A stretch of 64,000 nt of DNA from positions 32,001-96,000 of the forward strand of contig JAVHQC010000032.1 of assembly GCA_036170915.1 (NCBI GenBank), read 5' to 3'. Positions within the stretch are counted from its first letter, which is position 1, and each line of letters starts with the position of its first letter. The translations under genes were made by a program, and so were the position numbers. Positions 9,698 through 19,967 of the stretch are shown one piece after another. The stretch is from Cyanobacteria bacterium auto_48_18 (GTDB lineage Bacteria; Cyanobacteriota; Vampirovibrionia; Obscuribacterales; Obscuribacteraceae). The notes beneath the pieces are model-generated. The model made no database searches and had not been told where the DNA came from. It saw nothing but the letters and a program-made list of their open reading frames with translations.

Positions 9698-11770
9698 TTA
9701 ATCTAAATCAAAATGCCGATTAACGATGCGACCCACAGTTGTATCAGCCAGCTTGGCAAAGGTCATAGTGTCTTCGCCCTTAGCCATTCTTGCTTGCAAC
9801 ACTTTAGTGTATGCCTGCACAGTGGGATCGGTTGCCGGATCAACAATGGTAGCGTGGGCATTATGCAGAAGCTTCATGTAATCTTGAGTCGGCATCTTGC
9901 TGCCCGAAAGATTTTTGCCATCAAGGGAAATCAAAGCCAGAGTTAAATAGTTAACGGCTTCCTGACCATCCATGGCGGGCTGGGCATAGGGTGCTACTTT
10001 GCCATCGTTAAAGTGCAATATATTCAAGCCTTTGTTGGCAAATCTTCCCCAGATTATTTCTCTTGCCTCAGTAGGTAAACCACCTTTGGCGTCAACAATC
10101 ATCTCTTGCAAAGACATTTTCGCTCTATCATTGAATTCCATGAAAGCGACCTGACTGCCAGTAGCTCTAAATCTATCAGCGGCCACACTCATCAAACCAC
10201 GGAAGTTAGGGAAAGAACGAGCATCAGGACTGAGCCAGATGTGTTCTCCCCAGACTGCACTTTTAATTTCACGACCGCCAACTGGTATTACTTGCGATTG
10301 GATGCCACCAATTACCTGGCCATTACTGCCTCGCAGTGCCACTGCGTCCCAGGTGCCGTTCTTATCGAGCAAATAGTCAATGTAAGTCGAGCGTTTTTCA
10401 TATTCTGATTTATCAGGAAATGCTTGTTTCAGCTTCGGATAATACTCACTCATAACCGCTTTCATGGCTTTAGGATTTTCAGCGCCGATTTCGCGCATGC
10501 TTTCTACACCAACTATAGTGGGCACTTCACGGAAATCTATTTCGCTGACGACACGACCATCAGTGGCTTTGAATTTTTCAAACTCACGACGAAACTGTTC
10601 GTCGTAGGTAATACCTTGAGGCGTTTTCAGTTGTCCGACTTTTTCCAGACTGACTTCCACATTGCGTGTATCACCAACTTCTGCCGCTACTTTAGCTTCA
10701 GCTTTGTGAGCAAAATTCTCACCCGCGCGGCGCAATTGCAAATATTCCTGAAAAGCTTTGACTTCATCGCCATTGCGAAGTAGCTTGGCCGCTCCTTCAA
10801 ATTCAGCTTTATGCGATTTCAAAAACCACTCATGGGCAAATTCATGAGCCCGGTCAGGAGCATTGCCACGACCTTCCAGGCTGACTGTTTTGCCCTGCAA
10901 ATTAGTTGAATCTTGACCGGTTTTAACACGCAGAGTGGCGACCCTACCGGCCAATTCATCCAAAGTTTCAGACTTGCCACTGAGGCCATTAAGCTGCATG
11001 TCACTTAAAACTGGGTTGCCGCGGCCCATTTTGTCATTAATATGACCAAGGCCCATGCTCGAAAGTTTTTGCATTCCAGGAAGGGCCATATTCATGGCAC
11101 CACCGGCGGCCATAGTCATGGCCAGCTCACTACCGGTAGTGGCATGGCCCGAGATGCCATCGGCAACTAGTTTGGCCGCACCAGCTCCAGTACTACCAAG
11201 CAGAGCATAGCCACCGATCTTACTGCCCAGTGAAAGCGCTGCCAGTTTTGGATTGAATTTTTCATACATACCAAAAGCAACAAGACTGCCTGCCATGTTG
11301 CCCAAGTGCGACTCGCCCTTATTTAAATCGCGCAAGCCATCGTAAGCGGTGGCGCCTAAAATTTGAGAAGCCTTATCACCAACCATAGTTTTAGTAACAG
11401 CCGCAGCCTTTTCAGCCCCCATCACTGAAGCCAGCTTGCTTTCGCCGGCCAGCGCTCGCTCACCGAGACGAATTATGCCGCCCACAGATTTTCCGGCAGC
11501 CACATAAACTAGTGCCATGCCTACGCCGGTAGCAGCTACCTGCATGACAGTTTCTTTCGATAATCCCTCGGTCTCGGCAACTTTCTTGCGCTCGGCGCGA
11601 CCAATCAAGTCTTTGTCTGCAATGGCCTGAGAAGCAGTGTTGGCAGCTTTACCAATGGTGTTATAAAACAAGGCGTTATACGCATCTGCAGCAGTATTAG
11701 CCAAAGGATTAATAACATTACCTTCAACCCAACTTTGCTTTCCGCTTTCAGCCGACTCAGTCTTTGCCAT
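9698..11770 (-). CDS. Hypothetical multidomain protein: Gly/Ala-rich hydrophobic N-terminus, HExxH motif, GNAT-like C-terminal domain
   Basis: 690-aa ORF with AAGGA RBS; RAHEFAHEW; C-terminal VWGEHIWLSPDARS...VAFMEFND resembles a GNAT core. Confidence 0.7.
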   Translation of the reverse strand: MAKTESAESGKQSWVEGNVINPLANTAADAYNALFYNTIGKAANTASQAIADKDLIGRAERKKVAETEGLSKETVMQVAATGVGMALVYVAAGKSVGGIIRLGERALAGESKLASVMGAEKAAAVTKTMVGDKASQILGATAYDGLRDLNKGESHLGNMAGSLVAFGMYEKFNPKLAALSLGSKIGGYALLGSTGAGAAKLVADGISGHATTGSELAMTMAAGGAMNMALPGMQKLSSMGLGHINDKMGRGNPVLSDMQLNGLSGKSETLDELAGRVATLRVKTGQDSTNLQGKTVSLEGRGNAPDRAHEFAHEWFLKSHKAEFEGAAKLLRNGDEVKAFQEYLQLRRAGENFAHKAEAKVAAEVGDTRNVEVSLEKVGQLKTPQGITYDEQFRREFEKFKATDGRVVSEIDFREVPTIVGVESMREIGAENPKAMKAVMSEYYPKLKQAFPDKSEYEKRSTYIDYLLDKNGTWDAVALRGSNGQVIGGIQSQVIPVGGREIKSAVWGEHIWLSPDARSFPNFRGLMSVAADRFRATGSQVAFMEFNDRAKMSLQEMIVDAKGGLPTEAREIIWGRFANKGLNILHFNDGKVAPYAQPAMDGQEAVNYLTLALISLDGKNLSGSKMPTQDYMKLLHNAHATIVDPATDPTVQAYTKVLQARMAKGEDTMTFAKLADTTVGRIVNRHFDLD

Positions 11771-11908
11771 TTCTTATCCTTAATATATTTGCTGCACTGG
11801 CGTTCAGTGAAAGCATTCTAATGGTTGGAGTTTGGCATTTTGTTGGCGAAGTCACAATTCTGGGTATGTTCACCTGATAGACATTCAGCTCGCACAGGTG
11901 AAGGCACT

Positions 11909-13951
11909 ATGTCTGAAACCTCAGGAGACTCGGAAGCTCAAAGTAATACGCGCGGCCCTCTCGTGGAACTGAAGGCACACACCTGCTCAGTGTGCGGCAG
12001 GCTGCCCAGCAATGGCTCATTAACAGCCTGGATTTTCCAAACTAATCGCTGTCAATGCCCCTCTAGGGTTCAAACAACTGAAACGGATAAAGCCCAGGAG
12101 CCGCTCCCTGCAAGGGAAATCGCCGCTAACTTAACAACAATCGAGCAGCCGGAATCACTACCCGAAATAAGTCTAGGGGAGCGTTATGAGGTTCTGGCGC
12201 GTATAGGCGAAGGTGGTTCCGGACAAGTTTATCGTGTATTTGATAAGGAATTAAAACTACCGTTTGCCGTTAAGCTGTTGCGACCTGAAGTAGCGCGAGA
12301 TCCGGTGATGAAGCAGCGCTTCCTTCAGGAATCGAAGCTAGCAATGACTCTGACACACGAAAATCTTGTGGGCATGTATGGACAGAACGAAACCCCAGAC
12401 GGAACGCCATTTATCGTTATGGATTACCTTGAAGGTCGTTCACTCGAAGCCATTCTTAAAGAGGAGGGCCCTCTCAGCGAAGATCGCTTCATGTCAATCT
12501 TCTCGCAAACGCTGGAGGGGCTCTCTCATGCCCACATGAAAGGTCTGATTCACAGGGACCTGAAACCAGCCAATATTCTCATTGTCGAGCCCCAACCAGG
12601 GGTGGAAATCGTCAAATTGATTGACTTTGGTATTGCCAAACTGACTGAGACGTCCCTGCGCACCACGCACAATTTAACCCAGACCGGTGAAGTGTTCGGC
12701 ACACCAGCCTATATGAGCCCAGAACAATGCCTGGGCTTTGAAGTTGACCAACGTTCTGATATTTATTCCCTTGGTTGTTTGATGTATGAAGCGCTTTCAG
12801 GCAGTGCCCCTTTTAGCGGCAAGAATGCGGTGCAAATTATTTCGAAGCATCTGGGGGCGGAACCATTTATGCCCAAAGGCGACAACTACCAGCTGAACAA
12901 TCTGATTGTTTCGTGCCTTGCCAAAGAAGTAAGCGAACGGCCACAGTCGGCAGAAAAATTGCTGGCAAAACTGCGCCTGATTGAATCGGGTTCGCTCCGT
13001 TCTCCTGTCTTGTTCAACGTCAGCAGGCAATTAAAAAATTTATTGAGGTCCAAGAACAACAATATTCTGCCGAATATGCGTTTCTATTATGGTGCATCAG
13101 GCATTGCTATGTGGGCCACTTTAATAACAGGCATTGCCGCAGCCCTTCCATCTGCAGTCCGTAATGCGCCCGATCCATTAGTCTATTTTTGCTGTTCCGC
13201 TGTAGTGCTGTTAACTCATTTTGCACTTGTCGAGTTTCGAGCACGCATCAGATATGTTTCTCAGGTTGTTGAAACGACTAAGCCTCAAGCGAGAGAATTA
13301 GACTTGATCAACAAGACGCGATCAGGGTATGCAATTAAGTTTAGCGGTCTACCAATAGAAGATTACACCGCTGATGGTGTCAACTTAGAAGATCTTACTC
13401 TACCTTTTACCTGTGATGTCTGGTCAGATGAAACCGACAAAGTAGTGGCGGTGCAGGTAAACAATGCTCTTCTGCTAAGAAACATATGGCCGTACGCCAT
13501 TAGGCATATCAGCTGGTGGAAGATCTTGCTCACAATTTGCCTTTTGAGCATTTCCTGCCAGCCTCTATCAAGTTCGCCTGTTCTCCTCGTCCTATCAGAG
13601 GTTTCGCTGGTTCTTCTGATAGTAGGCGGTTTGCTCAGAGGCTGGGCCCGCCGCGACTGGCTCCTTACCGGGGCATGTTTCCTCTCTCTGCCCATAGTCG
13701 TTTCAATCGTCGGTAATATACTGCAGCCGTTCTTGTCCAGCTCAGTTCAACTATTGGTGATACAGACACTCAACCTACCCCATAGTTACCCTGCCGTTCT
13801 TGCGCTCAGTATGATGGTGATGTGGTCGTTCGTGGGCCTATTTAAACTGCTGGAGTATACAGGCCTGCTTAAAGTTGGAGGGTTACGGTCTTCAATCGGC
13901 AAAAATACAGAGCGGAGTAAATCTTCGGCCTTCATCTCAAAGGCCAAGTAG
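11909..13951 (+). CDS. Hanks-type Ser/Thr protein kinase with N-terminal Cys motif and C-terminal multi-pass membrane region
   Basis: IGEGGSGQVY, FAVKLL, IHRDLKPANIL, DFGIAK, GTPAYMSPEQ and DIYSLG motifs; N-terminal CSVC...CQC; hydrophobic C-terminus. Start at ATG 11909 (the track starts at 11825). Confidence 0.95.
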   Translation: MSETSGDSEAQSNTRGPLVELKAHTCSVCGRLPSNGSLTAWIFQTNRCQCPSRVQTTETDKAQEPLPAREIAANLTTIEQPESLPEISLGERYEVLARIGEGGSGQVYRVFDKELKLPFAVKLLRPEVARDPVMKQRFLQESKLAMTLTHENLVGMYGQNETPDGTPFIVMDYLEGRSLEAILKEEGPLSEDRFMSIFSQTLEGLSHAHMKGLIHRDLKPANILIVEPQPGVEIVKLIDFGIAKLTETSLRTTHNLTQTGEVFGTPAYMSPEQCLGFEVDQRSDIYSLGCLMYEALSGSAPFSGKNAVQIISKHLGAEPFMPKGDNYQLNNLIVSCLAKEVSERPQSAEKLLAKLRLIESGSLRSPVLFNVSRQLKNLLRSKNNNILPNMRFYYGASGIAMWATLITGIAAALPSAVRNAPDPLVYFCCSAVVLLTHFALVEFRARIRYVSQVVETTKPQARELDLINKTRSGYAIKFSGLPIEDYTADGVNLEDLTLPFTCDVWSDETDKVVAVQVNNALLLRNIWPYAIRHISWWKILLTICLLSISCQPLSSSPVLLVLSEVSLVLLIVGGLLRGWARRDWLLTGACFLSLPIVVSIVGNILQPFLSSSVQLLVIQTLNLPHSYPAVLALSMMVMWSFVGLFKLLEYTGLLKVGGLRSSIGKNTERSKSSAFISKAK

Positions 13952-13959
13952 AGTAGTGT

Positions 13960-14331
13960 CTACTCAGCCACCGCTGCCAGTATTTGCTTCAACTGCTCTA
14001 CCGTTTCACATTTCTCAGGCACATAACTACTTTCTACCAGCTCAGCTTTATTGCCGCTCAACTTATAGTGGCGCACAGAATAAAGGTGGGCAAAACCACC
14101 GCTCTCAAAATGAACGTAGCATTCCGCACCATCACCGGCGCCTGAACATGCTCCAAATATTAGGCGAGAAAGCGGCAGTGGTTCTGGGCCGCTCACACAG
14201 CCCACTTGATACGACTCGCCGCTATCGGCCATGGGATAATTTTGTAAATCAATTTGCACAGGCAGCGGCAACTGATCTACTTTTTTGACAATTTTAAAAT
14301 CCATATTTTCCTGATCATTCGATGCTGACAT
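13960..14331 (-). CDS. Hypothetical protein
   Basis: ORF with globular composition (PMADSGESYQ...RLIFGA...HFESGGFAHLY). Start is uncertain (14331 or 14400). Confidence 0.6.
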   Translation of the reverse strand: MSASNDQENMDFKIVKKVDQLPLPVQIDLQNYPMADSGESYQVGCVSGPEPLPLSRLIFGACSGAGDGAECYVHFESGGFAHLYSVRHYKLSGNKAELVESSYVPEKCETVEQLKQILAAVAE

Positions 14332-14382
14332 AATATATTCGCCGCCATTACACACCAACAATATATTCCATAAAAATATCAA

Positions 14383-14682
14383 ATGCAAAAAGTCTGGCAA
14401 TCTCCGCTAATACCTCTACTGGTGGCACTTTTTCTGCTAGCGAAATCGCTGTCTGCGGCCAGGGTAGTGAGCGGGCCAATAGCCCCCCTGAAACACTATA
14501 AGTTGGCCGCAGAAAATGCCAAACTAATTTCTCTACGCAGGCAGGCCGATAGCTTAGCCACTCGCTTGCGTAAGTATATGAGCGGCATTTGCCCTGGCAA
14601 CTGTCTAAAACCAAGCATGCCCGGCTGGGTCAAAAAGACCGTACCAGGCACTACTGGAGTAACGATCACATGGGAGAAGTGA
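14383..14682 (+). CDS. Small secreted hypothetical protein
   Basis: Signal-peptide-like N-terminus (MQKVWQSPLIPLLVALFLLAKSLSA); CPGNC motif. Confidence 0.5.
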   Translation: MQKVWQSPLIPLLVALFLLAKSLSAARVVSGPIAPLKHYKLAAENAKLISLRRQADSLATRLRKYMSGICPGNCLKPSMPGWVKKTVPGTTGVTITWEK

Positions 14683-14789
14683 TTGAATATGTCAACGGCC
14701 GGCCAGTCAATAGAGGTCGCTGCCCTATTTGTCAGGGCACGGGTAAAGTAGCGCTGCCCTGAGGGCAACTCACTTTCTAAAGAGGCAGT

Positions 14790-15137
14790 ATGATTAAAGA
14801 CAACAAAGAAAATATCACAAATTCTGCATTTCTAATTGATCTAGTATCAAATCAGAAAATTCCTGTCATTACACCTAAATGTCGTGTCGGCAGCGACGCT
14901 CTCAATGACATCGTCATCAAAGGTGACCAGTCGATTTCAAGATTTCATTTCATCATCAGCTATGCAGATGAAAAATTTAGTTTACAAGACTCGAGTAGTG
15001 GTGGCGGCACATTTCTAAACGGCAACCGAATCGCTCAACCTGAAAACATTAAAGACGGTGATGTGTTAAAAATTGGCTTTTCACTTTTTTGGTTTGCGGT
15101 TGAAAACGGTACTGGCCCAGCAGTTAAGCCGGCTTAA
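14790..15137 (+). CDS. Stand-alone FHA-domain protein (degenerate phosphothreonine site)
   Basis: CRVGSD-LNDIVI-GDQSISRFH...QDSSSGGGTFLNG...IKDGDVLKIG; close paralog of the N-terminus of 19968..22103. Confidence 0.88.
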   Translation: MIKDNKENITNSAFLIDLVSNQKIPVITPKCRVGSDALNDIVIKGDQSISRFHFIISYADEKFSLQDSSSGGGTFLNGNRIAQPENIKDGDVLKIGFSLFWFAVENGTGPAVKPA

Positions 15138-15138
15138 A

Positions 15139-16612
15139 TCATTGACTTGAGCAGGTCTTCAAGTTCGTCTCCATCTGATCCAGTGCCTTCAATTTCTCGG
15201 CGAGAATCTGCGTGGGAAGCTCACCACGTTCGCGTAATCTCTTGCGACTGATCTCATCCAGTAATCGTAATCTGAGGTTATCACCCACAGCAAAATATGA
15301 ACCAGAACCATAGGCAATTATTCCAGGAATCAAAATCGCATTAGCCCGGTGAGGAAATTTGCTGAACTCCCAGCCGGCAATGATATTGGTTACACCAAAC
15401 GTTATTTTTGAGCCGCCGACAATTAGGCCCGAGCCGATATTCTGTGTTGCTGAGCGTGTTCCAGAGCGAATTTCCCTCGTCGCCAGCGCAAATTGTTTAC
15501 GACGTTGCCCGGTTTCTTCGTCATAAGCGGTGAGAAGAGCAAGAGACTTAGCTGAGCAATTCTTAGAATCAGCTGATAGCCGAGCATCCTCCAATTTACC
15601 AAGAAGCACTTTATGCTTTTCGAGTTCATCAACGGTGGTTTTGGAAATGCCGGCAGTCACAGGTCGCAGGGCACGATCGTGAGAAGCCGCCACCACTTTA
15701 CTGATGCCTCGACTGAGGAGAGGACCAAGCATATACAAAGCACCAGATGTGGTGGTAACGACACCGGCGCCGCCCGGGCCGCGGGGGGTCGCGGTTATGC
15801 GTGGCAAGCAAGTTCAATAAGCTGCCTACTGCACCTGTACTGCTTTTCAAAATATCAAAAGTATATTGAGAATCTTGAAAGGCTCTAAAGCGCCTGGCCT
15901 GTAAATGATAATTAGCATATTCTTGCAAGCTCAAATCAGTCAGGTCATGCAAGACTTGTTCTTCCGCGCTGGCGATTGCCAGCTCCTCCACAGTTAGGCC
16001 GGCAGCGGCAATAGCCTGACGACGTTCCTCAAACAATCTTTCGATTTCAGCTCGCAGTGAAAGAACATGTTTAATTGAAGCTTTCGATCCGAAGCCTTTC
16101 TTAATAGCCTGTCGCTGGTGATGAATATTTATTCCCAGTTCTATGCCTGAGCCCACCGCGCCAATAGATTGCCCAACCATTTGCAAAATTTGGCCGGTCT
16201 CGAGGGCGCCTCGATTGTTTACACTCGATACGAAGGTCGGCTGGCCATCTTTAGTAAAAGACAGGATATCCGGGTGTTTGAGTACCCTTAACCGATCACG
16301 CAGCTGCACGGTTAAACCGGAGGCGGTGCAGGCGGCGCTGGCCTCCTGCGAGAGAAAGTAACGCCATCCACGCCAGCGGCCTTGGACGTTATTGTTTTTG
16401 CGAAAATTGATACTAAAACGCTCCAGCTCTATTTCTTTTAAAATTATGCGGCGATTATACTCTTCAATATTACTGACACCGGCCTTAAGAGCGACACCAC
16501 TGGTAGTATCACCAACTTGGCAATAAGCGCTCGGCACGCAACAAATCAAGGCAGCCAGAGCACAGCTCAAGCTTCGAACCTTTAAATCAAAAATATTTTG
16601 GTACCTGAACAA
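15139..16612 (-). pseudogene. Secreted hypothetical protein split by a 1-nt frameshift (real mutation or sequence error)
   Basis: ORFs 15698..16612 and 15139..15807 join into one 490-aa frame if one G is removed from the G6 run at 15783-15788 (...HNRDP-RGPGGAGVVTTTSG...). Confidence 0.7.
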
Positions 16613-16629
16613 TGATAATCCTGCAGAAA

Positions 16630-17172
16630 TTATTGTGCCTCCAGCTGCTGCAAGAGCGTTGCCGCCCGCGCCACCCCTGAAGCTTCCGCCCGCCGAAACC
16701 AGAAAATCGCCTGCTCGCGATTGGCAGCAACAAATCTACCATGTTGATAGCAGCAGGCCAGGTCAAATTGAGCACGAGGTGAGCCATTTTCAGCAGCAAG
16801 GCTGTACCACTTGAAAGCATTTTCATCGCTGATCTCCACACCCCAACCGCGATCGTACATATATGCAATCGTGAATTGAGCGTCGCAATCGTTTTGTTCG
16901 GCAGCACGTAGAAACCAGACCATGGCCATTTCATAGTCGCGGGCCAGGCCGTTACCACTTAAATAAAGGCAACCAAGATTGTATTGGGCGATGGCAAAAC
17001 CACCTTCAGCTGCCTTTCTATAGTATTTTTCAGCCTGAGCAAAGTCGGCCACCACTCCTTCACCCTTAGCCAGCATCAAACCGGCCTGCGTCATGGCGCT
17101 CAGGTCACCGGCTTCAGCTTTAACCACAATGTCTGCAAATTTGAGCAGTGCTTGCTCGCTATCATTTTTCAT
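16630..17172 (-). CDS. Sel1-like repeat protein
   Basis: Four repeats of the AQYNLGCLYLSGNGLARDYEMAMVWFLRAAEQ type. Confidence 0.93.
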   Translation of the reverse strand: MKNDSEQALLKFADIVVKAEAGDLSAMTQAGLMLAKGEGVVADFAQAEKYYRKAAEGGFAIAQYNLGCLYLSGNGLARDYEMAMVWFLRAAEQNDCDAQFTIAYMYDRGWGVEISDENAFKWYSLAAENGSPRAQFDLACCYQHGRFVAANREQAIFWFRRAEASGVARAATLLQQLEAQ

Positions 17173-17295
17173 TTATTGCTTTCTTTTCATTTAGTTAAGC
17201 CGAAAAATAATTCTAAGCGAAGTTCAGGGTAATTACTGAGGTGATCAAACTGCGGCGGTGATTTAATCAAAGCACAGTGTTTTGAGGCAGCCTAC

Positions 17296-19128
17296 ATGAT
17301 CAAGCAAACCATCAGGTGGCAGATTTGCGCTATCAGCGCTCTGAGTGCCCTCAGTTTAGCCATCACTTTTAGTCACTGCCAAACAGCTTATGCCGCACCT
17401 GACGGTGAAATTGCATCCTCCAGCAGCCTTACACGCATGCCCGTGAAAGAAATCACGGTTTTTAAAGATGGTCACGCTTTACTTGTCCACGAGGGTGAAA
17501 TGCCCCTCACCACCAGTGGTGATGTAATTTTAGAAGATCTGCCGAAGCCTGTGCTGGGCACCTTTTTTCCCTACAGCCTAGAAACGCGCGCTAGACTGAA
17601 TTCGGTAACAGCTGGAAGACGCAAAATTCAAAACAGTCAGACAGCCCTAACAATCCCGGAGTTGATTGCTGCCAATGTCGGTGCCCTGGTGCATATAGAT
17701 GAGTTGATTGGTCATGACAGCCAAAGTAAACTGCTTTCTTATGACGCCAAAATTATAGGCATACCGACAAGATCGGCAGAAGAACTTGCGGCCGCCAGTG
17801 GTGAAACCAGTGCGTCTTTGACTCTGCCTGTTAAAAGCAATCTGGTAGAACTTGAGACTGCCGATGGGCACTCATTTGTGGCCATCGATCACATTCAGAA
17901 GCTTGCATTCAAAAGCACCCCTAGAGCTAAAGTAAGTGATGAAAATTTGCGCAATGTTTTGACTATGGCCCTTGATTGGGAAAAGTCGGCGCGAAACAAT
18001 ACTCAAGAGCGCAGCGCCAGGGTAGGCATGATGTACGTGGAAAGAGGCATTCGCTGGATTCCTAATTACAAAGTTACCATTGATGGCCAGGGCCACGCTC
18101 GCGTTAAACTGCAAGCTACGCTGGTTAACGATCTGACCGATCTTAAAGACGTCAATTGTAATCTAGTTGTTGGTGTTCCTTCTTTTGCCTTTAAAGGAGA
18201 AACCGATCCCATTTCTTTAAGTCAGTCTCTGGCCAGAATAGCGTCGTATGCCGGCAACGAATCGCGCATGCGTAACAATTTGAGTAACGCCATCATGACC
18301 CAATCGCAGGCCTACGAAGCAGACGACAGCAGGGTCGGCGCAGCAGGGCCCGGCGAACGTGAGACCACTAAAAACGAGGACCTTTTTGTTTTTTCAGTTA
18401 AGCATCTAACTTTAAAAAAGGGCGAGCGCATGGTGGTACCAGTAGAAGAGTATGCGGTCGAATACAAAGACATCTACACGCTAGAATTAGCGGTACTGCC
18501 ACCACCTGAGGTGCAATCGCAACGCAGCGGCAGCCAAATGGACGAGCAAAACAAACTGGTTGATTTGAATAAAGTCATGCATAAAATTCGCTTATTCAAC
18601 ACTACCAAACAACCGTTTACCACCGCACCGGCACTGGTAGTAGTGGCAAACCCTCGCGACAACGACCCCGGCAATACGGAAGTACTGGCGCAAGGCATGA
18701 TGACTTATGCATCTCCGGGCAGTAACACTGAGTTGACCCTGACCAATGCAGTAGATATCAAAACAAAAAAAGAAGAGAAAGAAACAGGACGCACGCCCGA
18801 CGCAGTCAATTGGCAAGACAACAAATACGCTCGCGTCGATTTATCTGGTGTAATTACACTGACAAATTATATGGACAAGCCGATCACAATTGAAATTAAG
18901 CGCAAAGTTTTAGGCCGTCTTGACACCATCAGTGATGGCGGCAAAATGAAGATGGTCAACACCATGGACGAACTTAAAGAACGCGAACTTCCGCCCTGGT
19001 GGGGCTACTACAGCTGGCCCGGCTGGTGGTCATACATGAACGGAATCGGCGAATTCAGTTGGACGAAAACAATTCAACCCGGCAAATCAGCTGACGCTAA
19101 TTACACCTGGCACTATTTCTGGCGCTAA
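17296..19128 (+). CDS. Secreted DUF4139-like protein
   Basis: Signal peptide; ITVFKDGHA at the N-terminus; MYVERGIRWIPNYKVTID...KLQATLVN resembles the DUF4139 signature. Confidence 0.7.
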   Translation: MIKQTIRWQICAISALSALSLAITFSHCQTAYAAPDGEIASSSSLTRMPVKEITVFKDGHALLVHEGEMPLTTSGDVILEDLPKPVLGTFFPYSLETRARLNSVTAGRRKIQNSQTALTIPELIAANVGALVHIDELIGHDSQSKLLSYDAKIIGIPTRSAEELAAASGETSASLTLPVKSNLVELETADGHSFVAIDHIQKLAFKSTPRAKVSDENLRNVLTMALDWEKSARNNTQERSARVGMMYVERGIRWIPNYKVTIDGQGHARVKLQATLVNDLTDLKDVNCNLVVGVPSFAFKGETDPISLSQSLARIASYAGNESRMRNNLSNAIMTQSQAYEADDSRVGAAGPGERETTKNEDLFVFSVKHLTLKKGERMVVPVEEYAVEYKDIYTLELAVLPPPEVQSQRSGSQMDEQNKLVDLNKVMHKIRLFNTTKQPFTTAPALVVVANPRDNDPGNTEVLAQGMMTYASPGSNTELTLTNAVDIKTKKEEKETGRTPDAVNWQDNKYARVDLSGVITLTNYMDKPITIEIKRKVLGRLDTISDGGKMKMVNTMDELKERELPPWWGYYSWPGWWSYMNGIGEFSWTKTIQPGKSADANYTWHYFWR

Positions 19129-19589
19129 TATGGTGGAATCATGGCCGGGCATTCTTTCGCTTTGCCTTCCATATCTTTGTGTGTGGCAGCGGCAGAAGCA
19201 CCTAATTTTTCGTTGGGCACAAAAGCTTTCTCTCTTTCAATGCCAAGAGCGGCGGCGTCGGTCCAGGTGTCGTACGGAAAATCGCTGCTTTTCTGACGAC
19301 GGAACCAGATTTCTAAACCCTCAGCCTTCCATACCAGCACAGCAGGCAACGGTTGCTCATCATCGCTGCTCTTTTGCAGACCCATTAAAACTGAACGCGG
19401 TAGCTTGACGACCAGGCCACCAGGATAGATCTTGACTTCGCTCTCGCGCACAACTTCAATCACCTCTGACGTCAACTTATAAACGGCCACCAGAGTACCG
19501 TTTTCTTGTTTGCACCAGGGTAAATTTTTCAGATATTCGAGAAAGCTTTCGGCGCCCACTGCGGCTTGTGGTTCAACAGATTCGGTCAT
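19125..19589 (-). CDS. Hypothetical protein
   Basis: 154-aa ORF with GAGGAG upstream; no recognisable motif. Confidence 0.55.
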   Translation of the reverse strand: MTESVEPQAAVGAESFLEYLKNLPWCKQENGTLVAVYKLTSEVIEVVRESEVKIYPGGLVVKLPRSVLMGLQKSSDDEQPLPAVLVWKAEGLEIWFRRQKSSDFPYDTWTDAAALGIEREKAFVPNEKLGASAAATHKDMEGKAKECPAMIPPY

Positions 19590-19967
19590 CTAAAGGTTAT
19601 GCTCCTCAGAATGCTTGTCCTAACGGGTCACTCTAATTTACCCACATCGTCGCTCGTAAAGATTAGAAATGATAGCGATTAATAAATTTCCCGACTACTT
19701 GCCATCATCCTAAATGCTTCCACTACCACAGATGGCACATCGAAGAGCACAAAGGCAGAGCAATTCGATTGAAAAATGACCGCAGAGCTAAGGTATTTCC
19801 GGCTGATAATCAAAGTAAATTGTGGCAAGTGTAATAAGCGGATGCGATTCGGCGTTAATATTCTCCTGTGTGTGGAACATCATTGTAGTGACACGCAAAT
19901 TTACTGCAGTTTACGCTCCAGAAGAGCTGAATGGCTCAGGCATCCTCTAATTCCCTAAGAAAGCAGC

